A stretch of 64,000 nt of DNA from contig OZ244937.1 of assembly GCA_965222075.1 (NCBI GenBank), positions 2,400,001 through 2,464,000 of the forward strand. The letters run 5' to 3'. The stretch's first letter is position 1. Every line of letters starts with the position of its first letter. The translations under genes and the position numbers were made by a program. Under the pieces are notes generated by a model. That model did not search any database and was not told the DNA's origin. It saw only the letters and a program-made list of their open reading frames with translations. Shown piece by piece: positions 28,312 through 37,534 of the stretch. The stretch comes from Candidatus Latescibacterota bacterium. Lineage in GTDB: Bacteria; Latescibacterota; UBA2968; GCA-2709665.

Positions 28312-29030
28312 TCAGGCCGAGGCGCCGGAATAGTGGCGGAGCCCCCACCGCCAGAACAGACGTGACGCGATCAGCATACCAGCCGCCACCAGAATCGCGG
28401 CCGTGAGCGACTCCGAATCGAGCCGGCCGGTCAGGGCCCGCGCGGGGACCGTGATTGCGAAAGCAATTGGAACGATGAACGTGAGCATGAAACGGAGCCA
28501 GTGGGGATAGATGCCGATCGGCCAGCGTCCCGCCTGAACCACCGCGTCGAATATGTTGAGGATATTCTCGACCTTGATGTACCAGAATGAAATCGTTGAC
28601 AGGATCAAGAAGAAGCTGTAGATCGTGGCCGCGCCACACAGAAGGACCAGGCCAAATGTGATTGCGTCCACAACGCCAACCTCAAGCCCCCGGTTGAAAA
28701 GCGCGTAGAAGAGCACGATGCCGCCAAGCACGAAGTCCGTGACCTTCCAGATACGAAACTGGCTGATGCTGACGAGAAACTGCGCATCTTCGGGCCTGGT
28801 CAGGGTATAGTCGAGCGTTCCCCGTCGCACGTCGGTCATCAGCTGCCCCATGCTGGGCCGGATGACGAGTGAGATCGCTCCCCCGGCTCAACGCTGAAGG
28901 AAATGGTCTCGACGGCCTTGACCACCCGCATTTTCCGGTTCACGAGGCTTTTGAGCGCCGCGACCAGGCCGGCCTCGCGTTCGGGGACGACGTAGAATTT
29001 GGAGAGGTCTCTGACCTTGATGGCGTGCAT
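28312..29030 (-). pseudogene. Deleted ABC-2 (DUF990-type) transporter operon: ATPase N-terminus joined to permease C-terminus
   Basis: MHAIKVRDLSK...KAVETISFSVEPGE stops before Walker A (~28880) and abuts ...VRRGTLDYTLTRP...GRWPIGIYP...GLRHYSGASA. Confidence 0.8.
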
Positions 29031-29067
29031 GGCCCCTAAGATATTGATTGGCATATTTTAATACATA

Positions 29068-29097
29068 ATTATACATATATTCATGAACCCATGTCAA
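29068..29097 (-). promoter_or_regulatory. Sigma70 promoter of the deleted ABC operon
   Basis: Perfect TTGACA-18 nt-TATAAT on the minus strand. Confidence 0.6.
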
Positions 29098-29205
29098 GGT
29101 CTTCCCCACTGCAAAATGGGATACGGTTGGGCGGGACCGGTTCTGGAATCGACAAGTCGCGCGAAGAAGGGACTGGCCCGCGTTCACCAGTAAGGAGACC
29201 GAATC

Positions 29206-31344
29206 ATGAAGATGCGCCTCACCATCCGGCAAGCCAATCGGGTTCTGCTGTTTGTGGTCATGCTCAGTGGCGTGGTGCTCGCCTGGGGCACGTTCCAGAC
29301 ATATCAGAACCTCCCTCCCATTCCCCAGGCCCTGGTGACCGACACCGGCATTGAGGTCTTCAATGAAAACGGGATCCGAGCCGGCCAGGCCGTTTTCCAG
29401 CGGCGCAACCTGATGGGGTTCGGCACGCTTCTCGGTAACGGCAGCTACTTCGGCCCCGACTTTACGGCCGAGTACCTGGGATGGCTCCGCGATGAGATCG
29501 GAACGCAGGAGCTACGACGCTCCCTGCGGGCGAATGGCAGCGTCTTCCGCGTTCCCGAGGTCTGGATCACCGCCCACCGCCGGGTCGTCCAGGCCTACCG
29601 AAATCGGTTTGTCAACGGCGAACCTGAGCTCGGGGTCGCCAGCAACACCCTGCGGGAAGACGAGATCGAGGATCTGGCGGCCTTCATCGGGTGGACAGCC
29701 TGGTTCAGCCTTCTCGAACGTCCCGGCAGCGACGGCTCGTACACCAACAACTTTCCGTACATGCCCGAGCTTGGACTGGTGCCAACCAGCGGCACCATCC
29801 TCTGGACGATCTGGACCATGGGTCTGGTCCTTATCCTCGCCCTGCTTGTTGTTCTGGCGTACGTGTACGTGGATATCGAGCCGATCCCGGAACTGCCCGC
29901 GCTGGAGGAGCGTGCCAGCAAGCCTGCGTCACCACTCGAAAGAACGGCGCTTTTCGTGCTGGGCAGCTGCACCGTGGTCTTTGTCCTGCAATGTCTGGCC
30001 GGTGGGTACCTGGCGAATGCGTACGCCAACCGCGAATCGTTCTACGGCGTCTTCCAGTGGCTCGGGTTCGAGCGCATGGCGGTACTTCCCTTCCAGACGG
30101 TGCGATCTGCCCACACCGCGATGGCCGTGATCTGGGTTGTCGGGATGTGGATGGCGGGCGCCCTTTACGTCGCTTTGCGGATCGGTGGTACCGAGAAGCG
30201 CTGGCACCGCCGCGCGGCGTCAATCTCTATCGGCCTGCTGGCGGTCTCCGTGGTTGGCGCGCTCCTGGGGATCTTCGCAAGCGTTCGCGGATGGCTGGAC
30301 GCGAGTTGGTGGTTGATAGGCTCCGAGGGCACCGAGTACCTGGAAATGGGGCGCTTGTGGCGTGCCGGCATCGGCATCGGTTTCGTGATCTGGGTCGCTA
30401 TTATCGTCTCTGCCCTGCGAGGCACCCGAGTTCGCTGGAAGCCCTTTCTGGACTTACTGATGCTCACCGGCATCGGCATCACGGCCGCCTTCTTTGCCAG
30501 CTTCCTGTACTGGCCGGACAGCCACTGGGTGATCATCGATTACTGGCGCTGGTGGACCGTCCATCACTGGGTCGAAGGAATCTTCGCCTTCTTTCAGATC
30601 CTGGTGACGGGGTGGTTCCTGGCCGGGCTGCGGCTGGTGAGCCGCGAAGACGTGACCAAAAGCCTCTATCTTGAGGGCACGATCGTTCTGCTGGCGGGAT
30701 TCCTGGCGGTGGGGCACCACTACTGGTGGGTCGGCGAGCCGACCTTTTGGATGGGGATCGGCAGCGTCTTCAGCACACTGGAGGTACTGCCGCTATTCCT
30801 GTTGTTGGCCAGCGCACTCCGGACCCTCAGGGCTGGGATACGCGATCTGGGCACCATCCATCGCGTGTCGCTGCTCTTTTTCCTCGCCGCGGCAATATGG
30901 CAGTTCCTGGGTTCCGGGATCCTGGGCTTGTTGATCAACCTGCCGATCGCCAACTACTATGAGCATGGGACGTTTCTGACCGTGGCACACGCGCACGGCG
31001 CCTTTCTCGGCGCCTTCGGCTTTCTCGCTCTGGGCCTGCTGCTTTATGTCATTCGCCACGCGTCTCCGGATGGCTGGGACGAACGCAAGCTGCGGCTGAG
31101 CTTCTGGCTGCTCAATGTCGGCCTGCTGATCATGATTGGGCTGTCGGTCACCCCGATCGGCGTTCTGCAGCTGATAACCGTTGTGCAATCCGACTACGCG
31201 GCGGCGCGCGCGCTGGCATTCTACGAACGGCCCTCCGTGTACGTGCTCAATTACCTGCGCGTACCTGGCGACGCCACGATCATCCTCGGAGCCGCGCTGC
31301 TTGCCTGGCAGATCGTACCGCGCATTCTGCGCCGGGGCGACTGA
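29206..31344 (+). CDS. Quinol-type nitric oxide reductase (qNOR/NorZ)-like heme-copper oxidase superfamily protein, divergent
   Basis: [61 protein letters not shown]; AAGGAG RBS. Confidence 0.88.
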   Translation: MKMRLTIRQANRVLLFVVMLSGVVLAWGTFQTYQNLPPIPQALVTDTGIEVFNENGIRAGQAVFQRRNLMGFGTLLGNGSYFGPDFTAEYLGWLRDEIGTQELRRSLRANGSVFRVPEVWITAHRRVVQAYRNRFVNGEPELGVASNTLREDEIEDLAAFIGWTAWFSLLERPGSDGSYTNNFPYMPELGLVPTSGTILWTIWTMGLVLILALLVVLAYVYVDIEPIPELPALEERASKPASPLERTALFVLGSCTVVFVLQCLAGGYLANAYANRESFYGVFQWLGFERMAVLPFQTVRSAHTAMAVIWVVGMWMAGALYVALRIGGTEKRWHRRAASISIGLLAVSVVGALLGIFASVRGWLDASWWLIGSEGTEYLEMGRLWRAGIGIGFVIWVAIIVSALRGTRVRWKPFLDLLMLTGIGITAAFFASFLYWPDSHWVIIDYWRWWTVHHWVEGIFAFFQILVTGWFLAGLRLVSREDVTKSLYLEGTIVLLAGFLAVGHHYWWVGEPTFWMGIGSVFSTLEVLPLFLLLASALRTLRAGIRDLGTIHRVSLLFFLAAAIWQFLGSGILGLLINLPIANYYEHGTFLTVAHAHGAFLGAFGFLALGLLLYVIRHASPDGWDERKLRLSFWLLNVGLLIMIGLSVTPIGVLQLITVVQSDYAAARALAFYERPSVYVLNYLRVPGDATIILGAALLAWQIVPRILRRGD

Positions 31345-31393
31345 ACGGTTTCGAACTCGCGGGTATCCACTTATGTTATGGGAATATTTGAAG

Positions 31394-31591
31394 ATGTCTG
31401 ACGAAATTATCAAGGAGCTCTGGCAGATCAAAGACGGCATCGCGCGGGAACATGGGTATGATATCGAGGCACTTGTTGCCCATCTTCAAACCAAGAAGCG
31501 GCCGGAAGGTCAGCAAGTTGTGGATCTACGTGCCATGAAGGGTGCCGCCGAACAGGGCGCTCCACCGGACGCAGACAAGCCGCGCCACTGA
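31394..31591 (+). CDS. Small hypothetical protein (cassette-like)
   Basis: MSDEIIKELWQIKDGIAREHGYDIEALVAHL; the ORF ends inside an attC-like site. Confidence 0.6.
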   Translation: MSDEIIKELWQIKDGIAREHGYDIEALVAHLQTKKRPEGQQVVDLRAMKGAAEQGAPPDADKPRH

Positions 31592-31606
31592 GCTCGGTCG
31601 TTCGAG
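31547..31606 (+). mobile_element. attC-like integron cassette recombination site
   Basis: R'' GCCGAAC, 5-nt spacer, L'' GCTCCA pairing with L' TGAGC with one extrahelical base, R' GTTCGAG; 60 bp. Confidence 0.6.
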
Positions 31607-31742
31607 CAGCAGGGCCACCCTGGGCTCCCTGCGCAACGACCGGGGCGATCTCTCGCCGGCTTGATGGTTAGAGAGGCAGGTCTCGGGATTCAGGGATCAG
31701 GGGTCGAGGAAAAACCCGTGAAAGAAACGCGGTAGAGACACC

Positions 31743-31777
31743 AAAAGAGCGGCGTTTGCGTAGCCGCCGCTCTTTTT
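31743..31777. terminator. Bidirectional intrinsic terminator
   Basis: AAAAGAGCGGCG-loop-CGCCGCTCTTTTT between convergent genes. Confidence 0.8.
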
Positions 31778-31807
31778 ACTCAGCAGAGAAGGTTGTTGGA
31801 AGACAGA

Positions 31808-33856
31808 TCACAAGCTCTTCTTGATCTTTGCTACAACTGCATCTGTATCCATTACTCCGGACAGACGCTCCACAATCAGCCCTTGCGAGTCCACCAGGAA
31901 ATACGATGGGATACCGCGCACATTGTAGGCTCTGGCCGCATCGGAACCAAAATTCGCTGAGCGCACGTGCACGCCTTTGATCTCGTGTTTTTCAATCGCC
32001 TTGCGCCAGGCGGTCTCACTTGCGTCCAGCGACAGGTTGAGGAAGACGACCGGTTGATCGGCCGTTTCTTCCTTGATTCTTCGGAGATAGGGCAGATTGC
32101 CGATACACGGACCGCACCAGCTCGCCCAGAAGTCCAGGAGCACCACCTTGCCCCTGAACTGGCTCAGCGATACCGGCTGCCCGTCCAGGTCATCGAGCGT
32201 GAAATCGGGCGCCGGACGCCCCGGTTGCAGCGTCAGCGCCTTGTCCAGGGCCGCCTGGACCGCCGCGTTGTATTCCGGATAAGGATTAATCTCCCGGAAA
32301 TCTTCCCACTTGCGGTGGACCGACGCAAAGGCTTCGCTACCTCTCCTGAACCCGCTGATCAGCTCTCCGGCCAGGAACCAGTAGAGCACTCTCCCCTCCA
32401 GTTTCTGACTGGCCAGATCGTATCTTCTTGAAAAACTCCACATCCTGGCACTGTTGGCATAGATCGAGTCGAGTTGCACCTGGACCGCTTCCGATAGCCC
32501 CAGACCCGACAGATCGACCATCTCGGACAGCCTGAGCGGTTGACGGTGTTCGTAGAGAGAGTCCAGCCGGGCCTGGACTGCCTCCGACAGACCCAGACTC
32601 GACAGATCGACCTCTTCGGACAATTTTGTCGTCCTATTAAGCTGTTCAAGACCTGTCCCTTCTTTCACAGGCAGCCGGAAAACCAGCGCCCCGCCCGTCG
32701 TATCGACCCTGGGCGTGTCGATCTGACTTGAAGTGATGATGCTAAAGGACCTACCACTCTTTTCGAAAAATGAGTCGAGCCGGGCCTGGGCTGTCTCCGA
32801 TAAACCCAGCTTCGCCAAATCGAACATCTGGGATAGCCTGGGCTTACCCTTCTTTTCGTACAGGGAGTCGAGCCGGGCCTGAACCGATTGCGACAGACCA
32901 ACCCCTGACAGATTGACCATTTTTGACAGCCTGGGGCGTCGACCATCCTTTTCGTACAGAGAGTCAAGTTGGGCCCGGGTCTCCTCTGACAGCTCCAAAC
33001 CCGATAGATCGTACACCTCGGACAACCTGGATGGTCTGGGCATCTCATCCAACTCCCGGTCCAGGGTCCGAACAAGGAAGGTATGATAATTTCCCACGCC
33101 AATGGCCTTCTCGTCAACCAGCGGGATCTCCTTCAGAAAATCGTAGTACTCCGGCGTGATATCTCTGTTCTTGCGGCCGTTGGCAAACCGGTAATCGGTC
33201 GGGTACGAAATCATGAACCTGGCCCACCCGTAGTTGAAGTAGGCCGTCGCATAGTCAACAAACCCTGGAGAGAGCGCGTATTTCTCGCGCCGCCTGGCCA
33301 GGAAATCGAACTGGTCGCTACGCCACTGGTCCACCTTGTGAGAAAAGTCCTCCACCTTCAGATCCTTGTAATCCAGTCCCCGCTGGAAAGTCCGAAATCT
33401 CGGGATCCACTCCCCTATGAAGCGGCTGTTGTCCGCGTTTTGGCCACTGAACCGGAAGGAGGTAGAAAAATAGCCCGGATCTACGACGACATGCAGACTG
33501 TCCCCGGGTTCCACGAAAAGGGCCAGGGGGCCGGGAGGCCCGAACAGGTAGGCCCCCACCCACCGCACCCACTTCCATCCGGGCTGCCTGCTCTTGTAAC
33601 GCCCTATGACGAGGGTTCCCCGGGTGACAGGCAGCGTGAGGGTGAAGCGGTTCCGGCTGTCCAGAACAACACGCTGCTCGGACTTTCTTCCCAGAGCCAA
33701 CGGCGACTCGTAGCCAAACGTGATTTCCCGCGAAATTGGCTCCCGAATTTCACCGGTGATGATCGCCACCGATGGCTGGCTCTGGCCGCCTTCTGCGGTC
33801 AGGCAGGTGCTCGAGATGAGTATGGCAACCAGGACACGACAGTAATTGTTCGTCAT
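31808..33856 (-). CDS. Exported TlpA-like thiol-disulfide oxidoreductase with five internal ~31-aa repeats
   Basis: C-terminal APDFTL...LDFWASWCGPC...IPSYFLVD; N-terminal signal-like segment. Confidence 0.88.
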   Translation of the reverse strand: MTNNYCRVLVAILISSTCLTAEGGQSQPSVAIITGEIREPISREITFGYESPLALGRKSEQRVVLDSRNRFTLTLPVTRGTLVIGRYKSRQPGWKWVRWVGAYLFGPPGPLALFVEPGDSLHVVVDPGYFSTSFRFSGQNADNSRFIGEWIPRFRTFQRGLDYKDLKVEDFSHKVDQWRSDQFDFLARRREKYALSPGFVDYATAYFNYGWARFMISYPTDYRFANGRKNRDITPEYYDFLKEIPLVDEKAIGVGNYHTFLVRTLDRELDEMPRPSRLSEVYDLSGLELSEETRAQLDSLYEKDGRRPRLSKMVNLSGVGLSQSVQARLDSLYEKKGKPRLSQMFDLAKLGLSETAQARLDSFFEKSGRSFSIITSSQIDTPRVDTTGGALVFRLPVKEGTGLEQLNRTTKLSEEVDLSSLGLSEAVQARLDSLYEHRQPLRLSEMVDLSGLGLSEAVQVQLDSIYANSARMWSFSRRYDLASQKLEGRVLYWFLAGELISGFRRGSEAFASVHRKWEDFREINPYPEYNAAVQAALDKALTLQPGRPAPDFTLDDLDGQPVSLSQFRGKVVLLDFWASWCGPCIGNLPYLRRIKEETADQPVVFLNLSLDASETAWRKAIEKHEIKGVHVRSANFGSDAARAYNVRGIPSYFLVDSQGLIVERLSGVMDTDAVVAKIKKSL
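32450..33033 (-). repeat. Five intragenic ~31-codon repeats (consensus RLSEMVDLSGLGLSEAVQARLDSLYEK)
   Basis: Three tandem copies, a ~40-aa spacer, then two more copies; visible at protein and DNA level (e.g. repeated GAGTCGAGCCGGGCCTG). Confidence 0.9.
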
Positions 33857-33918
33857 GAGACTATCTCCTGAATTTAAGGTTCTACTTCACCGGGATTTTG
33901 CAGGCAATCCCGTCGCTT

Positions 33919-36036
33919 TCAGCGCCGACCGCGCCATACTGCCCGGGCGTCACCCGGTCGCCCGGGGGCCTCAAAGACAACCAGATTATCGTTCAGCACG
34001 GCGTAGATATAATCGCCCGCCGGAATGATGTTATTGTGCACCCGGTAGCTCAGGTAGCTCTTTGGGGGTTTGCCGACAATGCGGGAGACCTCGTCCTGGT
34101 CCGCAAGGCCCAGGGTCTCCCGCCGCGAAAAGGCGCCGTACCCGGTCAATGCATAAACCCCGATCTTCTTCCAGCCCAGATCGTAAGCGAAATCGCCGTC
34201 CATAGTCTTCAGTCCACCAGGAAAATAGCCCCTCGGGATGTAATCGACCTCCACCGGTCGTCGCGGATCGCTGATGTCCACCACGGCCAGCTCCCGGGGC
34301 AAGTGCCGCTCGACATAGGCCCTGTCGCCTCCCAGGGTGACGGAGCCCAATCTCGGCGGCGTGGCGACCCGGTAGTGGCGCTCGCCGTCGGCTCCCCGCT
34401 GGTACATATACAGTGCCCCCAGCTCTGGGCCGGCCTCTTCCAGCCTCTGTGCGAGAGATTCCGGAAGCGCTCCGGGAGACAACTGCTGATGGAGATTTTC
34501 GACCAGTTCCTCGTACTGCACGGCGCGCCCGAAACGACGCAGCGGAGTTCGGCTCAGCTCTTCAGGCCGGCCCGGATCCGTCAGATCCAGGACCACGAAA
34601 TCGTGCCCCAGAGTCAGAAAAGCGTGCGGGCCGGCCACGCGTATCTCCGAGTCGTAGTTCCAGACATGTCTGGTCGTCTTTTCGAGCGGCAGTACGTGGA
34701 CCGGTTGGGGCAAACCGCCCTCCCGCACGTCGAAACTGTGCAACTCCAGGAACTCCCTGCCGAGCAGGCCGGCGTACAGATGCCCCTTCCATACCGCCCA
34801 CCCCACCAGCCGGGGGATGCGCCGCAGCCACGGGGTGGGACCCTTCTCGATCGGATAGAGCAAGCTTTGCGCCTGCAGTTGGGGGTGCTCAGGCCGGCTG
34901 AGATCGAATACGGCTACGCCCACGCTGTCCTGGGCCTCGGCCTCTCCCCAGACATAGACAGTGGTGCCGGACAGGGCCAGCCGCTCGAGCCGCCAGCCCT
35001 CTATTTCCACCCGGCCGACCTCCGCAGGTGCCCGCGGGTCAGCCACGTCCACCACGCTCACCCCCCGCTCAAGCAGCACCACTGCCAGTTCCTCTTTCAG
35101 CGTCAGATCCGTGATACGCGTCGCAAAGGGAAGGCGGCCCACCGGCTCGACTGCCTTGACCGGCGCCTGCACAGAATACTCCGTAGCAACCAACCCGATC
35201 AAGATGACCCCACAGATCAGCGCGAGCCCTCCCGCGGTCCACTGAAAGCGCCTGCCCGCCTGCACCCTCAACCCGCGGCGCGCCCACAGGAGCACCCCCG
35301 CTGCAAGCAGGGCGGCCGCTGCGCCCCGGGTCAGGAAAAGAGAGGGGTCAAAGGCCTGGCGCAGGATTCCGGCATTGGTGTCTATCACACTGTAGAACAC
35401 CAGCCCGAAATAGAACCTGGCCATACGCGGAGCCAGCATCCACGCGCTTCCCAAAAAAAACAGTCCGACCCAGGCCACCATCAAGCCGGTCATCGCTGCC
35501 TTGAGGGGATGGTCGGTAAAAGCCGAAGCCAGGAACACTGCGGCGTACAGCACTACGTAGAGGAAAAACCACAGCAGAAGCATACGGAGGTAACCGACAT
35601 CCGCCAGGACCTCCTGGAAATTCACCCATACGCTGCTGTGGAGCGGACCCAGAAAAATCACCAACAGGAAGTTGAAATTCCCCCATTCCGACACCGCGAA
35701 CACCCCGGCCCAGTACGCCGCCAGCACTACCAGCAACCCGGCCGCTCCCACGGCGAACTTCACCCCCAGCAGCCGGCCTGGTCCCAGCGGTCGGCTCACC
35801 AGAAAGGGCAGCGTCCCCCGGCTGCGCTCATCGGCCACCACGCCAACACCCATCAGCACAGCGCCCAAAATGCCCACCAGATGGCTCGTCATCTCGATAT
35901 TCAGGCCAATGCCGCCGTGGTGGGAACCGACTTCGGGAAGGGCCAACCCGGCGACCAGAGCCAGGCCCGCACCGGCGGCGATTTTGTAGGCCGCCTCCCG
36001 TCCCTCTTTCCACAGCAAAGCTCGAATCGGATTCAC
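33919..36036 (-). CDS. ABC-2 type permease fused to an LVIVD-repeat beta-propeller-like domain
   Basis: ALLWKEGRE and ADERSRGTLPFLVSRP permease motifs; C-terminal VVDVADPRAP, VFDLSRPEHP, VLDLTDPGRP and VVDISDPRRP repeats. Confidence 0.82.
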   Translation of the reverse strand: MNPIRALLWKEGREAAYKIAAGAGLALVAGLALPEVGSHHGGIGLNIEMTSHLVGILGAVLMGVGVVADERSRGTLPFLVSRPLGPGRLLGVKFAVGAAGLLVVLAAYWAGVFAVSEWGNFNFLLVIFLGPLHSSVWVNFQEVLADVGYLRMLLLWFFLYVVLYAAVFLASAFTDHPLKAAMTGLMVAWVGLFFLGSAWMLAPRMARFYFGLVFYSVIDTNAGILRQAFDPSLFLTRGAAAALLAAGVLLWARRGLRVQAGRRFQWTAGGLALICGVILIGLVATEYSVQAPVKAVEPVGRLPFATRITDLTLKEELAVVLLERGVSVVDVADPRAPAEVGRVEIEGWRLERLALSGTTVYVWGEAEAQDSVGVAVFDLSRPEHPQLQAQSLLYPIEKGPTPWLRRIPRLVGWAVWKGHLYAGLLGREFLELHSFDVREGGLPQPVHVLPLEKTTRHVWNYDSEIRVAGPHAFLTLGHDFVVLDLTDPGRPEELSRTPLRRFGRAVQYEELVENLHQQLSPGALPESLAQRLEEAGPELGALYMYQRGADGERHYRVATPPRLGSVTLGGDRAYVERHLPRELAVVDISDPRRPVEVDYIPRGYFPGGLKTMDGDFAYDLGWKKIGVYALTGYGAFSRRETLGLADQDEVSRIVGKPPKSYLSYRVHNNIIPAGDYIYAVLNDNLVVFEAPGRPGDARAVWRGRR

Positions 36037-36932
36037 GGTCTTCCTCCTTCCGCGGGGCGGACGTGAGACACGAAAGCCTCCTCCAGGCTCAGGTCCAGTA
36101 CATCGACGACCCGCCCGCCCTGCGTCTCAATCTGCGCCGCCTGCGCCTCGCCGTATCCCATCACGGTCAACAGCCGCTGCGCCCCCTCTCCCTGCACCTG
36201 CCGCAAACCGGCAATACCGGTCAGCTCACCCGCCTCATCGCACAGCCGTACCACCACCCGCTTGACCGACTGTTTCACCTCGTCCACCGTGCCTTCCGCC
36301 ACCAGGCGGCCCTGATGGATAATGGCCACCCGGTCGGCCACCCGCTCCACCTCGTGGACCAGGTGTGACGACAGAAAGACCGTGCGCCCCTCCTCCTGGA
36401 TGAGCCCGATGATGCTCTCCAGAAAGTCACGCCGCACCAACACATCCAGCCCCATGGCCGGCTCGTCCAGGATCAACAGACGCGGCTCATGCCCCAGGGC
36501 CAGGGCCAGGGCCAGCTGGGCGTTCATGCCGCGGGAGAGGTGCTTGACCTTCTGCTCCGGGTCCAGGCCGAAGCGGTCGATCAGCCCCTCGACCTTGTCC
36601 GGGTTCCAGGTGTCGTAGAACTGGCCGGTGAACCAGACCAGCTCCCGCACCTTCATCCACCCGTACAGGACTGGATTCTCCGCCACGTACCCCACCTGTC
36701 GCCTCAGTTCCAGAAAATCCCGCGCCGGGTCCAGCCCCAGCACCTCTACCCGCCCCGCCGTGGGTTGGAGCAGGTTCATCAGTACCTGGATGGTCGTGGT
36801 CTTGCCGGCGCCGTTGCGCCCCAGAAAGCCGCAGACCGTGCCGGTGGGCACCTTTAGCTGGAGATCGTCCACGGCCGTACGCTTGCCGAAGCAGTGGGTC
36901 AAACCTGCCATGGCGATGGCTGTACCGTTCAT
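36033..36932 (-). CDS. ABC transporter ATP-binding protein (YtrB-like)
   Basis: GRNGAGKTT, LSRGM, ILDEP, SSH. Confidence 0.93.
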   Translation of the reverse strand: MNGTAIAMAGLTHCFGKRTAVDDLQLKVPTGTVCGFLGRNGAGKTTTIQVLMNLLQPTAGRVEVLGLDPARDFLELRRQVGYVAENPVLYGWMKVRELVWFTGQFYDTWNPDKVEGLIDRFGLDPEQKVKHLSRGMNAQLALALALGHEPRLLILDEPAMGLDVLVRRDFLESIIGLIQEEGRTVFLSSHLVHEVERVADRVAIIHQGRLVAEGTVDEVKQSVKRVVVRLCDEAGELTGIAGLRQVQGEGAQRLLTVMGYGEAQAAQIETQGGRVVDVLDLSLEEAFVSHVRPAEGGRP

Positions 36933-36951
36933 ATCGACTCCTTCCTTTGGG

Positions 36952-37332
36952 TCAATCCTCTCTTCGGAACTGGTTCAGACACTCCCGAAAGACCTGCAGC
37001 GTCTCCGCCGGGCTCAGCCCCAATTCGGCGGCCTGAACCAGGGCCCTTTCGAGCAACGGCCGCACGATCTCGAACTTTTCCTCCTGAGACATGGTCACCT
37101 CCTTCTCGGCCACGTACGTGCCCATGCCGCGCTTCTTGTAGATCGCCCCGTCGCGTTCCAATTCCAGATAGGCCCGGACCACCGTATTCGGGTTGATCAG
37201 GTAATGGCTGGCGAGAGCCCGCACCGACGGCAACTCGTCGTGCGCTTTGAGCACCCCCCGGGCCATCTGGTACCTGATCTGCTCGATGATCTGCAGGTAG
37301 ATGGGAACCCCATTGGCCGAATCTATGCGCAA
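36952..37332 (-). CDS. GntR-family (YtrA subfamily) transcriptional regulator
   Basis: PIYLQII...LPSVRALA...INPNTVVRAY..LERDG...RGMGTYV, short C-terminus. Confidence 0.93.
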   Translation of the reverse strand: MRIDSANGVPIYLQIIEQIRYQMARGVLKAHDELPSVRALASHYLINPNTVVRAYLELERDGAIYKKRGMGTYVAEKEVTMSQEEKFEIVRPLLERALVQAAELGLSPAETLQVFRECLNQFRRED

Positions 37333-37392
37333 GTGTAAAATGGCAACTCTCCTGATCTATCCTGTCCCTACCTCATAACGCATTGCCTACAG

Positions 37393-37452
37393 TATCACTG
37401 TATCGGTTAACCGATACAGTGATATAATAACCATTCCCCTCTGCTCAGTCAA
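37393..37452 (-). promoter_or_regulatory. Promoter plus perfect 32-bp palindromic operator of the GntR operon
   Basis: TTGACT-17 nt-TATTAT on the minus strand, directly followed by TATCACTGTATCGGTT|AACCGATACAGTGATA (37393-37424). Confidence 0.8.
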
Positions 37453-37521
37453 GTACTTTTTTTTCCAACCGGCAAAAAAATGGGCCAGGATTTTAATACT
37501 GGCCTATAGCTTAATTATAAA

Positions 37522-37534
37522 AATCAATATGTTA
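37522..37534 (+). promoter_or_regulatory. IHF-consensus-like site
   Basis: AATCAATATGTTA matches WATCAANNNNTTR in an AT-rich tract. Confidence 0.35.

Noticed and set aside
29045-29097. FNR/DNR box upstream of the NOR gene
   Set aside because: Only half-sites match, and the TTGACA is better explained as the -35 of the divergent promoter.
29206-31344. Nitric oxide dismutase (Nod) call
   Set aside because: The GHH FeB ligands, the LEV glutamate and the RxPGD aspartate are retained, unlike in described Nod sequences.
32450-33033. CRISPR-like or DGR-like repeat array
   Set aside because: The repeats are in-frame and protein-coding, with no unique spacers, cas genes or reverse transcriptase in the window.
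33898-36066. 722-aa + strand ORF
   Set aside because: Antisense shadow of the permease-LVIVD gene in GC-rich DNA; no recognisable motifs.
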